A stretch of DNA of 36,440 nucleotides from Octopus bimaculoides (Eukaryota), in assembly GCF_001194135.2 (NCBI RefSeq), contig NC_069004.1:30132948-30169387 (forward strand). Reading direction: 5' to 3'. Under the pieces are notes generated by a model. That model ran no database searches, had not been told where the DNA came from, and saw only the letters and a program-made list of their open reading frames with translations. The position numbers and the translations under genes were made by a program. Positions 21,965 through 33,225 of this stretch are shown here, one piece after another (within the stretch, counting starts at the first letter, position 1; every line of letters begins with the position of its first letter).

Positions 21965-22168
21965 AAGTCAGTCGGTGACCCTGTTGGTGGTGGTGCCATG
22001 TAAAAAGCACCCAAGACACTTTGTAAGTGGTTGGTGTTGAGAAGAGAATTCAACCACAGAAACCTTGCGAAAACAGACAACTGGAGCCTGGTGCAGACCC
22101 AGCCTCACTGGCTCCTGTCAAAGTGTTCAACCTATGCCAGCATGGAAAACATTAAATGATGATGATCA
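21965..22168 (+). mobile_element. RTE-tailed SINE, 3' part
   Basis: GGTGCCATGTAAAAAGCACC ... GGAGCCTGGTGCAG ... AACCTATGCCAGCATGGAAAACATTAAATGATGATGAT. Confidence 0.75.
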
Positions 22169-22503
22169 NNNNNNNNNNNNNNNNNNNNNNNNNNNNNNNN
22201 NNNNNNNNNNNNNNNNNNNNNNNNNNNNNNNNNNNNNNNNNNNNNNNNNNNNNNNNNNNNNNNNNNNNNNNNNNNNNNNNNNNNNNNNNNNNNNNNNNNN
22301 NNNNNNNNNNNNNNNNNNNNNNNNNNNNNNNNNNNNNNNNNNNNNNNNNNNNNNNNNNNNNNNNNNNNNNNNNNNNNNNNNNNNNNNNNNNNNNNNNNNN
22401 NNNNNNNNNNNNNNNNNNNNNNNNNNNNNNNNNNNNNNNNNNNNNNNNNNNNNNNNNNNNNNNNNNNNNNNNNNNNNNNNNNNNNNNNNNNNNNNNNNNN
22501 NNN

Positions 22504-22682
22504 GAGAGTGTTACCACTAGAATAAGAATAGCTTGGGCAAAGTTTAGAAAGCTTCTACCCCTAATTGTGACAAAGGGCCTCTCGCTCAGAGTGAAAGATA
22601 GATTGTATGATGCATGTGTGCGAACTGCCATGCTTCACAGCATTGAAACATGGGCCGCGTGACTGTGGAGGCTATGTGTAGG
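22504..22682 (+). pseudogene. RTE-clade LINE ORF2 fragment (post-RT region)
   Basis: ESVTTRIRIAWAKFRKLLPLIVTKGLSLRVKDRLYDACVRTAMLHSIETWA matches the RI..AW..FR.L.P.L......LR.K.RLY.ACVR..ML.G.ETW block of RTE elements. Confidence 0.85.
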
Positions 22683-22687
22683 CGCCC

Positions 22688-22835
22688 TCTTTCAGTTTCT
22701 GCCTACCAAATCAACTCACAAGGCTTTAGTTGGCCCAAGGCTATAGCAGAAGACATTTTCCCAAGGTGCCATGCAATGGGACTGGACCCAGAAACATGTG
22801 GTTGGGAAGCAAGCTTCTTACCACGCAGTCATACC
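22688..22835 (-). mobile_element. SINE family A, 5' half
   Basis: CTTTCAGTTTCTGCCTACCAAATCAACTCACAAGGCT ... GGGAAGCAAGCTTCTTACCAC. Confidence 0.8.
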
Positions 22836-22954
22836 ACTTTTTCTATTGGCCCCAAAAGGACGTAAAGCAAAGTCGGCCTCAATGGAATTTGAACTCAGAA
22901 TGTAAAGCCAGAAGAAACGCTGCTGATCATTTTGTCCTGCATGCTAACAATTCC

Positions 22955-23790
22955 GCCATCACACAGAGGAGTTTAAGGCTCGCTGTACATATGTTGGGGA
23001 TTTATTTGTCAAAAGCTCAAAGGGAATTAAGAGAGGAAATTCCAGGAATTGAAGCTGAACTGAGAAGTCATAAAGTAAACTGAGCAAAGATGAAGGATTT
23101 TGTGAGTAGAAAAAACCCCCCAGATCCTGGTACCCTCAGACAAATGGACCTTGATCAATATGCAGAAAAGGAGTAGGTGTAAATTCCACATGCTGCACCA
23201 AGCATATGGGCGCTACAGTACTGGAATCACAGGTAGGCTCGCAAAGAAAGTAAGTACATATGTGACAGATGCACCAGAGCAGTACGTCCTTGGAACACAC
23301 CAAACGTAGATTCAGTTCAATGCCCAGATGGCTCACTAGAAGTAGTCGATAGCTTCTGTTACCCTGGTAACCTAATTAGCAGGAGAGGAAGTTGCTCTAA
23401 AAGTTATCAGGCTGAGAATGGGTTAGAAAAGGATCAGGGAGCTATTGCAAATTGCTGGAAACAAAGGTTGTTTTCCTCAGAGTGAACAATATATTCTATG
23501 ACTCTTGTGTTAAAGCTGTGATGCAAGCATGCTTCAATGGATGCACAATGTTAGTGTGCATGAATGCTAGAGTACAAAAGAGATATGGGGGGGAAATGGT
23601 CAAAGAGGAATGCACCACAGCTTATTCCACAACTCCATTTCCTGTCTTCTGTGAAAAACATGTCCAGCTATGGGGAAATATTACTTTGCTTGGAAACAGA
23701 TGAGGGTTTGTAACAGCAAGGTCATCCAGCTGTAAGTAAACCTGCCTCAAGAAATTCAGCCTGACCCATGTAAGCATGGAACAATGGATG
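22955..23790 (+). pseudogene. Older, heavily decayed RTE-clade LINE 3' fragment (RT motifs to tail)
   Basis: Collinear motifs across frameshifts: TEEFKARC-YVGDL (YADD equivalent), KVN*AKMKDFVSRK, SDKW..SICRKGVGVNS, DGSLEVVDSFCYPGNLIS, TKVVFLRVNNIFYDSCVKAVMQ, then the tail ACCCATGTAAGCATGGAACAATGGATGTTAAAAC. Confidence 0.8.
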
Positions 23791-23894
23791 TTAAAACAAC
23801 ACAACAGGCAGAATCATTAGGGCACCAGACAAAATGTCTTGAGTTCAAATCCTGCCATGGTCAAATTTATTTTTATCCTTCCAAGATAGAAGTG

Positions 23895-24000
23895 TGCAAC
23901 TGAGTGGTTAGTGTGTCAGACTCATGATCATAAGATTGTGGTTTCAATTCCCAGGCCAGGTGATGTGCTGTGTTCTAGAGCAAAATGCTTCATTTCACAT
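23895..24000 (+). mobile_element. tRNA-derived SINE (middle A type), truncated
   Basis: GAGTGGTTAG ... GGTTTCAATTCCCAGGCCAGG ... GAGCAAAATGCTTCATTTCACAT, matching 12385-12500. Confidence 0.7.
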
Positions 24001-24184
24001 AGTTCAATGGTTCTCAACTGGGGTCCATAGAAGATTTTGTCATTAAAATTTAATGTGCAAATAATAGCAGAAAGAAAAAATTATTATTATTATTATTATT
24101 ATTAGTAGTAGTAGTAGTAGTATTATAATTATTATTAAGGCAGCGACCTGGCAGAATCATTAGTAGGCCTTCTTAACAGACATT

Positions 24185-24500
24185 ATTATTATTATCATTA
24201 TTATTATTGAGTGAGAGAGCAGTGCATGCCATCAAAGTGACACTGGGGTACAATTATACGAAACCCAATATACCCATCATTACTACCTGTCTGATAAAGG
24301 CACACCATGCCCATGCATCACAATCACATGTGCGCAACATGGTGATCTTATATCAAGATAAATAGCGCACAACCTTGCAAGTGGGACCCAGTTACAATTT
24401 TTTCAGGTTGAGTAACCCATCCTGCTCAAAAGGTCCTTGAATAAGGATGAACAAAACATCCATGTTTCCAGAAGTGAATTATTCAAACCCCAAAGAATAA
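24185..24500 (-). mobile_element. Retroposon 3' portion with (AAT)n tail, family unassigned
   Basis: The minus strand ends TTGATGGCATGCACTGCTCTCTCACTCAATAATAATAAT. Recalled as a common repeat, not verified. Confidence 0.5.
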
Positions 24501-24679
24501 TTCTTGGAGGTTCAATTTGTTTGACTAAACCATTCAACGAGGTGCCCCAGCATGGCCACACTCAACTGACAAGTAAATTATGATGACGATACGTTTCTGA
24601 AAAATGCCTTATTTTCTATGAAATTTTGCAGAGATACATTTCCAATGGGATAGATATTGCGATTATTCTTTTAATCTTT

Positions 24680-25112
24680 GGTTCTCTTACTTGCCATGGT
24701 CATTTGGCTGCGGCCATGCTGGAGCACCCGCCGTAAAGGATTTTAGTCAAAGAAATCGACACCAATATCTATTTTATGTGTTAAGTCTGGTACTTGTTCG
24801 ATCGTTACTTTTTTGACGGACTGCTAAGTTACGGGGACGTAAACACACCAACATCGGTCGTCAAGCGATGGCAGGGGCAAAACACAGACACCTAAATACA
24901 TATACATATGTATGTTTACACACATACATACGAGCTTCTTTTAGTTTCCACCTCCCAAAACCACTCACAAGGCTTTCTTAGCCCTGAGTCTACAGTAGAA
25001 GACACTCGCCCAAGATGCCATAATTAAAGCAGGCAGGTAGAAGAAACGTTAGTGTATCGGATTGAACCCGGAACAATGTGGTTGGGAAGCAAGCTTCTTA
25101 CCACACAGCCAC
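24680..25112 (-). mobile_element. SINE family A, full-length with short insertion
   Basis: GGTCATTTGGCTGCGGCCATGCTGGAGCAC ... GCTAAGTTACGGGGACGTAAACACACC ... GGGAAGCAAGCTTCTTACCACACAGCCAC. Confidence 0.85.
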
Positions 25113-25209
25113 GGTTATGTTCATAAAATTGAAGAAAAAAAATCCTTTTTTTTTTAAAGGAATTCCGGATCATTAGCGCCAAGATTTTGTTTCCTCATTA
25201 TCCTTAACC

Positions 25210-25529
25210 TGGCACTCCGTCGTTTACGATGACGAGGGTCCCAGTTGATCCGATCAACGGAACAGCTTGCTCCTGAGATTAACGTGCAAGGGGCTGAGCA
25301 CTCCACAGACACGTGTATCCTTCACATACTCCTCAGGGAGATTCAGCGTGACACAGAGTGTGACATGGCTGGACCCTTTAAATACAGGTACTACTCGTTT
25401 TTGCCAGCTGAGTGGACCGGAGCAACGAGAAATAAAGTATCTTGCTCAAGGACACAACGCGCCGCTGGGAATCGAACTCACGACTCTACGATTGCGAGTC
25501 GCCCTAACCACTAAGCCATGCGCCTTCAC
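25210..25529 (-). mobile_element. tRNA-derived SINE (middle A + tail Y)
   Basis: Minus-strand head GTGAAGGCGCATGGCTTAGTGGTTAGG ... GAGTTCGATTCC, middle TTGCTCCGGTCCACTCAGCTGGC, tail ending CGACGGAGTGCCA. Confidence 0.85.
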
Positions 25530-25873
25530 TGCTTCCTCACAAATCCCTTTAAAATACATATTTTTAAATGACATTTTGCAGAAATATATTTTCGAGTGTG
25601 TAGATTATATAACGTTGATGTCTCAACCATGAAACTGACAGTGACGGGGGTAAAAGTGAAAATCCTTAAGTTACAGACATTGGAGATGATAGATCAGAAA
25701 AGAAAATCAGAAACTTCTTCAAAGAAATTGTGTGTGTGTGTGGTGGGGTTCCCTCTAAATTCTATTTATGTAATAAGCTATATCCTCGAAAATGTATCTG
25801 TGCAAATATTAATTTAAAAACATGCATTTTGTATTTTAAAATATCTACTTTTCACTTCGTCCTGTATATATTA

Positions 25874-26244
25874 TGTTGTTGGCACTCCGTCGCTTACGAC
25901 GACGAGGGTTCCAGTTGATCCGATCAACGGAACAGCCTGCTCGTGAAATTAACGTGCAGGTGGCTGAGCTCTCCACAGGCACGTGTACCCTTAACGTAGT
26001 TCTCGGGGATATTCAGCATGACACAGTGTGACAAGGCTGACCATTTGAATTACAGGCACAACAGAAACAGGAAGAAAGAGTGAGAGAAAGTTGTAGTGGA
26101 AGAGTACAGCAGGGTTCGCCACCATCCCCTGCCGGAGCCTCGTGGAGCTTTTAGGTGTTTTCGCTCAATAAACACTCACAACGCCCGGTCTGGGAATCGA
26201 AACCGCGAGTCCGCTGCCCTAACCACTGGGCCATTGCGCCTCCA
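25874..26244 (-). mobile_element. tRNA-derived SINE (middle B + tail Y)
   Basis: Head TGGAGGCGCAATGGCCCAGTGG, middle as at 1-180, tail near-identical to 25210-25390. Confidence 0.88.
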
Positions 26245-26298
26245 CAAATATTATGTAGGTAAATATGAAACAAAATCGAGGTTGAAGTGGAGAGGTGC

Positions 26299-26720
26299 AA
26301 AGCGGCGAGCTGTCAGAATTGTTAGCATGCCGGACAAAATGCTCGTCGGTATTACATCCGTCTTGACATTCTCGGTTCATATTCCGCCGAGGTCGACTTT
26401 GCTTTTCATCCTTTTTGTGGTAGCTGAAATAAGTACCAATGCAGACCTCTCACCCACAGAAAGTTTATAGCAGAAAAGGTTACCAATAACTAAAACAGGC
26501 AGCTAGAAGAAACGTCAGTGTGTCGGACAAAATAGTGAATGGTGTTATTTCCGGATCATCACGGTCGGAGTTCAAATGCCGTCAAGGTCGACTTCGCTTC
26601 TCGTCCTTTCAGGGTCGAAAAAAATAAAGTACCAATCAGTCACTGGGGTCGATGTAATAGGCTTCCCCTACCCCCTCAAAATTACAGGCCTTGCACTAAA
26701 ATTTGAAACCATCATTGTTA
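26299..26720 (+). mobile_element. Two tandem SINE family B copies (~26299-26440 and ~26495-26720)
   Basis: The core CCG..AGGTCGACTT.GCTT.TC.TCCTTT occurs twice, with a head GCGGCGAGCTGTCAGAAT and a tail AAATTTGAAACCATCATT. Confidence 0.8.
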
Positions 26721-26939
26721 AATTATACACACACTTTCACGACAGGAATTGTAATGTGGGCCGGAAACAGGCAACTCCGAGCAGTAATCCATGCAGTTTC
26801 TTCATCTTGGAACTCAGCATGATCTCATTATTCCGTCGACCCTTTTGGGGGGGGGGGGGGCTGATTGAGAGTGTTCATGTGTGGCACAGCAGAGGTGTAT
26901 AACCAGTGAAAAGGTAAAATAACCATTAAAACAAAAAAT

Positions 26940-27085
26940 TCTTTCAACTCTAGGCACAAGGCCTGAAATCTGGTTAGGGAAGAGAAGCAGTCGACCCCAG
27001 TACCAAGATGGTATTGATTTTCATCGATCTCGATAGGGATGAAAAAGCAACGTAGGCAGAAATGCTGCCAAGCATTTTGTCCAGT
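26940..27085 (-). mobile_element. SINE family B, diverged
   Basis: CTCTAGGCACAAGGCCTGAAAT ... GTCGACCCCAG ... GATGAAAAAGCAA. Confidence 0.65.
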
Positions 27086-28290
27086 TATGTACCTTTTTTA
27101 CTCGGGTGGGACTCCCATAGCCATTTGATGTTTTAAAAATCTTATATTTCTTAAATATTAGGAATTGGACGGAGGTAAAAAATACGTACACCNNNNNNNN
27201 NNNNNNNNNNNNNNNNNNNNNNNNNNNNNNNNNNNNNNNNNNNNNNNNNNNNNNNNNNNNNNNNNNNNNNNNNNNNNNNNNNNNNNNNNNNNNNNNNNNN
27301 NNNNNNNNNNNNNNNNNNNNNNNNNNNNNNNNNNNNNNNNNNNNNNNNNNNNNNNNNNNNNNNNNNNNNNNNNNNNNNNNNNNNNNNNNNNNNNNNNNNN
27401 NNNNNNNNNNNNNNNNNNNNNNNNNNNNNNNNNNNNNNNNNNNNNNNNNNNNNNNNNNNNNNNNNNNNNNNNNNNNNNNNNNNNNNNNNNNNNNNNNNNN
27501 NNNNNNNNNNNNNNNNNNNNNNNNNNNNNNNNNNNNNNNNNNNNNNNNNNNNNNNNNNNNNNNNNNNNNNNNNNNNNNNNNNNNNNNNNNNNNNNNNNNN
27601 NNNNNNNNNNNNNNNNNNNNNNNNNNNNNNNNNNNNNNNNNNNNNNNNNNNNNNNNNNNNNNNNNNNNNNNNNNNNNNNNNNNNNNNNNNNNNNNNNNNN
27701 NNNNNNNNNNNNNNNNNNNNNNNNNNNNNNNNNNNNNNNNNNNNNNNNNNNNNNNNNNNNNNNNNNNNNNNNNNNNNNNNNNNNNNNNNNNNNNNNNNNN
27801 NNNNNNNNNNNNNNNNNNNNNNNNNNNNNNNNNNNNNNNNNNNNNNNNNNNNNNNNNNNNNNNNNNNNNNNNNNNNNNNNNNNNNNNNNNNNNNNNNNNN
27901 NNNNNNNNNNNNNNNNNNNNNNNNNNNNNNNNNNNNNNNNNNNNNNNNNNNNNNNNNNNNNNNNNNNNNNNNNNNNNNNNNNNNNNNNNNNNNNNNNNNN
28001 NNNNNNNNNNNNNNNNNNNNNNNNNNCCAACAGCTGACCCTACCACTGTTACTTTCTCTGTTGTACCTGTAGAAATTCTCAATTATCAACCAGGCAAAAT
28101 CTGCAAAATACCGAGGAGAAAATAGGTAACTAAACTCCTCGGTATTACAATCCTTTCTTACTCCTCTCCTCACCCCGTGAATAGAGACCCAGGTGGACTT
28201 ATGACAGTGATAAAAACAAACATTATTATTTATTTGTCCATAACTTTTCACCGTGCGCAGGTGCGCGTAATATATATATATATATATATA

Positions 28291-28457
28291 GGCGCAAGAG
28301 TGGTTGTGTGGTAAGTAGCTTGCTAACCAACCACATGGTTCCTGGTTCAGTCCCACTGCGTGGCACCTTGGGCAAGTGTCTTCTACTATAGCCTCGGGCC
28401 GACCAAAGCCTTGTGAGTGAATTTGGTACACGGAAACTGAAAGAAGCCCGTCGTATA

Positions 28458-28502
<45 letters not shown>

Positions 28503-28713
28503 ATGTTGTGTCTCTGTCTTTGTCACCCCAACATCGCTTGACAATCGATGCTGTGTTTAGGTTCTCGTAACCTAGCGGTTCGGCAAAAAGAGACCGATAG
28601 AATAAGTACTAGGCTTACAAAGAATAAGTCCTGGGGGGGATCGAGTTGATTCGACTAAAGGCGGTGCTCCAGCATGGCCACAGTCAAATCACTGAAACAA
28701 GTAAAGGAATAAA
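28291..28713 (+). mobile_element. SINE family A, full-length, least diverged copy
   Basis: Complete head, GGCACCTTGGGCAAGTGTCTTCTACTATAGCCTCGGGCCGACCAAAGCC body, central (TA)n, and 3' GGCGGTGCTCCAGCATGGCCACAGTCAAAT..CTGAAACAAGTAAAGGAATAAA. Confidence 0.92.
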
Positions 28714-28729
28714 TGGTTTTTACGATTTG

Positions 28730-28850
28730 AGTTCAAACGCCGCCGGTGTCCACTTTACCTTTCATGCTTTTGGGGGGCGATAAAATAAGTACCAGTCGAA
28801 CACTTTACTCCCTCGTTGGTCTTCTGCCAAATTTTGAAACCATTATTATA
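28730..28850 (+). mobile_element. SINE family B, deleted copy
   Basis: GAGTTCAAACGCCGCCGGTGTCCACTTTACCTTTCATGCTTTTGGGGG ... AAATTTTGAAACCATTATTAT. Confidence 0.7.
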
Positions 28851-29613
28851 AGTAGTAGAAGCAGCTTATTGTGATCTGCGAGAAGCCTTTTGGTCTCTCA
28901 GATTTCATTAAACCGGCTGATAATTATAAGTAGAGGATACTTAAATATCCACCTGAATGCGTGTGGGACCTCGCTAATTTTGATAACTATAACCGCTTGC
29001 TAACGTAATTACAAACAAGCGGCTTCTACTACACTATATATATAAAAATGCGCGTGTGTGTGTGTGTGTTTATGTGTGTATTCATCGCTTTAAATTATAT
29101 ACACTCTACCCGGTATTAAATCCATTTTTCTTTCTCTAGTCTTTAACTTTCTCGGACACAATCTGCAAACCTTTCATAACCCATGCAAATATACATACAT
29201 TAATATATACCTATATACATACCTACATACCTATATATAGAAAAACAAATACACACACATCAGAATTAAAATGTAGGTCCCAAGTTTAAGAGTTTCGGGG
29301 ACTTGTGAGCGTGTATATACGTATATATGCGTGTGTGTATATATATATATGCATAATCATTTTATTCGACTGGTCGACTAATTTCCAACAGTTTATCTGT
29401 CCCACCCACCTTTTCTTTTAATAGTACCAATGTATATATATATATATATGATTACAATATTTGTAATTATATTAAACGTGAATGACTGTAGTAGTACTAA
29501 TGATCCGTAGAGTAACATAACATAAAATATGTATGTATGTATATATATAACCTAAGGTAAGCTATAAGAGAAGCAAGTTAGTATAAATGAAATAAAATAA
29601 GGTTTAGACTTAC

Positions 29614-29657
29614 CAACTTCAGAGGTAAAACTCCTTTCGCTGTGAAAAACTTCTTCA
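29614..29657 (-). CDS. Candidate 44-nt exon, coding status unknown
   Basis: Perfect consensus donor TTG|gtaagt, AT-rich acceptor aagatattcag|T. Two open frames (EEVFHSERSFTSEV or KKFFTAKGVLPLKL). Confidence 0.3.
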
Positions 29658-29669
29658 CTGAATATCTTA

Positions 29670-31200
29670 ATTGTAATTGTAGTAGTAGTAGTAGTAGTGG
29701 TGGTGGTGGTGAATTGTTAGTGAAGATCTAATTGTTGGTGTTGTAGTTGTGATGATAGTGGTGGGAGATAGGTTAGTATAAGTCTTAATTGTTGTTGTTG
29801 TTGTTGTGGTCGCAGCGGTGGTAGTGGTTATGGTGAAGATAGTAGTGGTGGTAGTAGTAGTAGTAGGAGAAGGAGGTAGTTACTGAGTTGCGGTGGCAGT
29901 AAAGGGTGAGAGAGGTGATGATTTATGATGGTTGGTGGTGGTGACGGAGACGATAAGGTAATGTGTGGTGGAGAGGGAAAAGAGAGTTACAGTGGCGTTG
30001 CTGTCGTCGTGGTGGCGGTGGTGGTAACGGTCTGCTTGTATGCGGTAGCGGTGGTAGTGGTGGCAGCGGTAACTGTCATTGAGGTGGTGGTGGTGGTGAT
30101 GGCAGTGGTGATAGCTATTATGTGGTGGTGGGAGAGGGAACAAGAGTTACAGTGGTGTTGTTTTTAGTGATGGTTATGATGCTGATCGCGGTGGCGGGGA
30201 GAAGGTAACTATTCTAAGGTAGAGGTGGCGGTGGTGGCGGAGATAGGTACCGTGTGGTGGGAGAGGGAAGGTGAGACTTACAGTGGTGTTGTTGTTTTAA
30301 GTCTTGGCGGTGGTGGCGATATGTAGTGTATAGTGGGAGGGGAAAAAAAGAGAGAGAGAGAGAGAGAGTTACANNNNNNNNNNNNNNNNNNNNNNNNNNN
30401 NNNNNNNNNNNNNNNNNNNNNNNNNNNNNNNNNNNNNNNNNNNNNNNNNNNNNNNNNNNNNNNNNNNNNNNNNNNNNNNNNNNNNNNNNNNNNNNNNNNN
30501 NNNNNNNNNNNNNNNNNNNNNNNNNNNNNNNNNNNNNNNNNNNNNNNNNNNNNNNNNNNNNNNNNNNNNNNNNNNNNNNNNNNNNNNNNNNNNNNNNNNN
30601 NNNNNNNNNNNNNNNNNNNNNNNNNNNNNNNNNNNNNNNNNNNNNNNNNNNNNNNNNNNNNNNNNNNNNNNNNNNNNNNNNNNNNNNNNNNNNNNNNNNN
30701 NNNNNNNNNNNNNNNNNNNNNNNNNNNNNNNNNNNNGTGGTGGTGGCGGCGGTAGCGGTGGCGGTGGTGGCGGCGGTGGTGGTGGTGGTGGCGGGTTATG
30801 CAGTAGTAGTAGTAGTAGTAATAGTAATAGTAGTAGTAGTAGTAGTAGTGTTAGTGGTGGCGGTGGAGACTCGAGGTAGGAAGGGAAGTGTAATAGTGAA
30901 CAGTGCAAGTGTAGCGGTGATGACGGAAACGGTGGTGGTGGTAGTGGTGCTGATGACAGTGGTGATGCGGTCGCTGATGATGGTGATGGAGTTGGTGAAG
31001 GTGGTGATGGCAGGGGGGACGGGGTGCTGATACCAATAGTAACAAGGAAGAGTGTGACGGCGGAGGCAGCGGCAATACTACTGTTGATATGTCAGTGTTA
31101 GTATCAATAACAGCACCAGCAGTAGGTAGTAGTAGTAGTAGTAGTAGTAGTAGTAAAATGGGGGTGTAGTTAGTAGCGTGGTGGTGGAGGGGAGGGGGTT
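29670..31200. repeat. (GTG/GTA/GCG)n low-complexity region with a recurring ~45-bp motif
   Basis: TGTGGTGG.AGAGGGAA..GAGA.TTACAGTGG.GTTG recurs at ~29960, ~30120, ~30250 and ~30325. Spans an N gap. Confidence 0.85.
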
Positions 31201-31405
31201 ACCGCTGTCTATCTCTCTCTCTCCCCACCCCCACACACTATTTGATATATGACACGTTAAGTAGAAGAGAAAAAGAGAAAGAAAGTGTGAGTGTGCATGT
31301 GTGTGTGTGTGCGTGTGTGTGTGTGCGTGTGTGTGTGTAAGAAAGAGGCGGCGGAGGTGTAATTTCAGACGTGGGAGACTGAGAAAAGAGATACATGTAT
31401 ATATA

Positions 31406-31814
31406 GGCGCTGGCGTGGCTGTGTGGTAAGACGCTGGCTACCCAGCCACATGGTTCCGGGTTCAGTCCCACTGCTTGCAACTTTGAGTAAGTGTCTTCTG
31501 CTGTTGTCGCTGGCCAAACAAAGCCTTTGTGAGTGGATTTAGTACACGGAATCTAAAAGAAGTCCGTCGTATAAATGTGTGTGTGTGTGTATTTGTGTGG
31601 GTGTCTGTTTTTGTCCACCGACCGTTGCTTGACAACCGATGCTGGTGTGTTTATGTCCTTGTAACTTAGCGGTTCGGCAAAAGGCACCGATAGTATAAGT
31701 ATTACGCTTACAAAGAATAAGTCCTGGGATCGATTTCTTCAACTATAACCCTTTAAGGTAGTGAGTGCTCCAGTATGGCTACAGTCAAATGAAACAAGTA
31801 AAAAAATAAAAGAA
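31406..31814 (+). mobile_element. SINE family A, full-length
   Basis: Head GGCGCTGGCGTGGCTGTGTGGTAAG through tail GAAACAAGTAAAAAAATAAAAG. Followed at 31833-31868 by the tail of an inverted copy running into the gap. Confidence 0.9.
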
Positions 31815-33006
31815 TATATAAATATATATATACTCTTGTATTCTTTTACTTGTTTCTGTCATTTGACTNNNNNNNNNNNNNNNNNNNNNNNNNNNNNNNN
31901 NNNNNNNNNNNNNNNNNNNNNNNNNNNNNNNNNNNNNNNNNNNNNNNNNNNNNNNNNNNNNNNNNNNNNNNNNNNNNNNNNNNNNNNNNNNNNNNNNNNN
32001 NNNNNNNNNNNNNNNNNNNNNNNNNNNNNNNNNNNNNNNNNNNNNNNNNNNNNNNNNNNNNNNNNNNNNNNNNNNNNNNNNNNNNNNNNNNNNNNNNNNN
32101 NNNNNNNNNNNNNNNNNNNNNNNNNNNNNNNNNNNNNNNNNNNNNNNNNNNNNNNNNNNNNNNNNNNNNNNNNNNNNNNNNNNNNNNNNNNNNNNNNNNN
32201 NNNNNNNNNNNNNNNNNNNNNNNNNNNNNNNNNNNNNNNNNNNNNNNNNNNNNNNNNNNNNNNNNNNNNNNNNNNNNNNNNNNNNNNNNNNNNNNNNNNN
32301 NNNNNNNNNNNNNNNNNNNNNNNNNNNNNNNNNNNNNNNNNNNNNNNNNNNNNNNNNNNNNNNNNNNNNNNNNNNNNNNNNNNNNNNNNNNNNNNNNNNN
32401 NNNNNNNNNNNNNNNNNNNNNNNNNNNNNNNNNNNNNNNNNNNNNNNNNNNNNNNNNNNNNNNNNNNNNNNNNNNNNNNNNNNNNNNNNNNNNNNNNNNN
32501 NNNNNNNNNNNNNNNNNNNNNNNNNNNNNNNNNNNNNNNNNNNNNNNNNNNNNNNNNNNNNNNNNNNNNNNNNNNNNNNNNNNNNNNNNNNNNNNNNNNN
32601 NNNNNNNNNNNNNNNNNNNNNNNNNNNNNNNNNNNNNNNNNNNNNNNNNNNNNNNNNNNNNNNNNNNNNNNNNNNNNNNNNNNNNNNNNNNNNNNNNNNN
32701 NNNNNNNNNNNNNNNNNNNNNNNNNNNNNNNNNNNNNNNNNNNNNNNNNNNNNNNNNNNNNNNNNNNNNACACACACACACACACATTTTACTACTCCTA
32801 TGCCTTGACAATATTTATGACCATACGTAGCCATGAGCTGTCAACTCACTCTTAACCTTCATTCTAGACAGATACAGTCCTTAAGTCTTAGATTTAGTAG
32901 TTGATAAAAAGACAAATAAATTAGAAATGAACCACAATCCTTTACAAGCTATGACCCCAGTAAGCTTCAAGCCTTTCTTGGAAGTGTAGTCTATTCTTTG
33001 CTACAG

Positions 33007-33225
33007 TGGAGGTGCAATGGCCCAGTGGTTAGGCAGCGGACTCGCGGTCATAGGATCGCGGTTTCGATTCCCAGACCGGGCGTTGTGAGTGTTTATTGAG
33101 CGAAAACACCCAAAGTTCCACGAGGTTCCAGCAGGGGATGGTGGCGAACTCTGCTGTACTCTTTCACCACAACTTTCTCTCTCTCTTATTTCCTGTTTCT
33201 GTTGTACCTGTATTTCAAAGGGACC
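33007..33225 (+). mobile_element. tRNA-derived SINE (middle B + tail Y), truncated by gap
   Basis: A-box-like TGGCCCAGTGG, GGTTTCGATTCC, middle B, then GTACCTGTATTTCAAAGGG, the start of tail Y. Confidence 0.85.

Noticed and set aside
27021-28431. ORFs of 290-426 aa (likewise 31761-34028 and 6823-7704)
   Set aside because: Their length comes from N runs.
29880-31075. Poly-His/Val/Pro ORFs (also 2909-4043)
   Set aside because: Triplet low-complexity DNA, open in several frames on both strands, with no domain content.
33007-33080. tRNA genes at the SINE heads (also 1-55, 12385, 25529, 26244, 35926)
   Set aside because: A and B boxes are present, but I could not close an acceptor stem, and each head runs into a shared repeat body.
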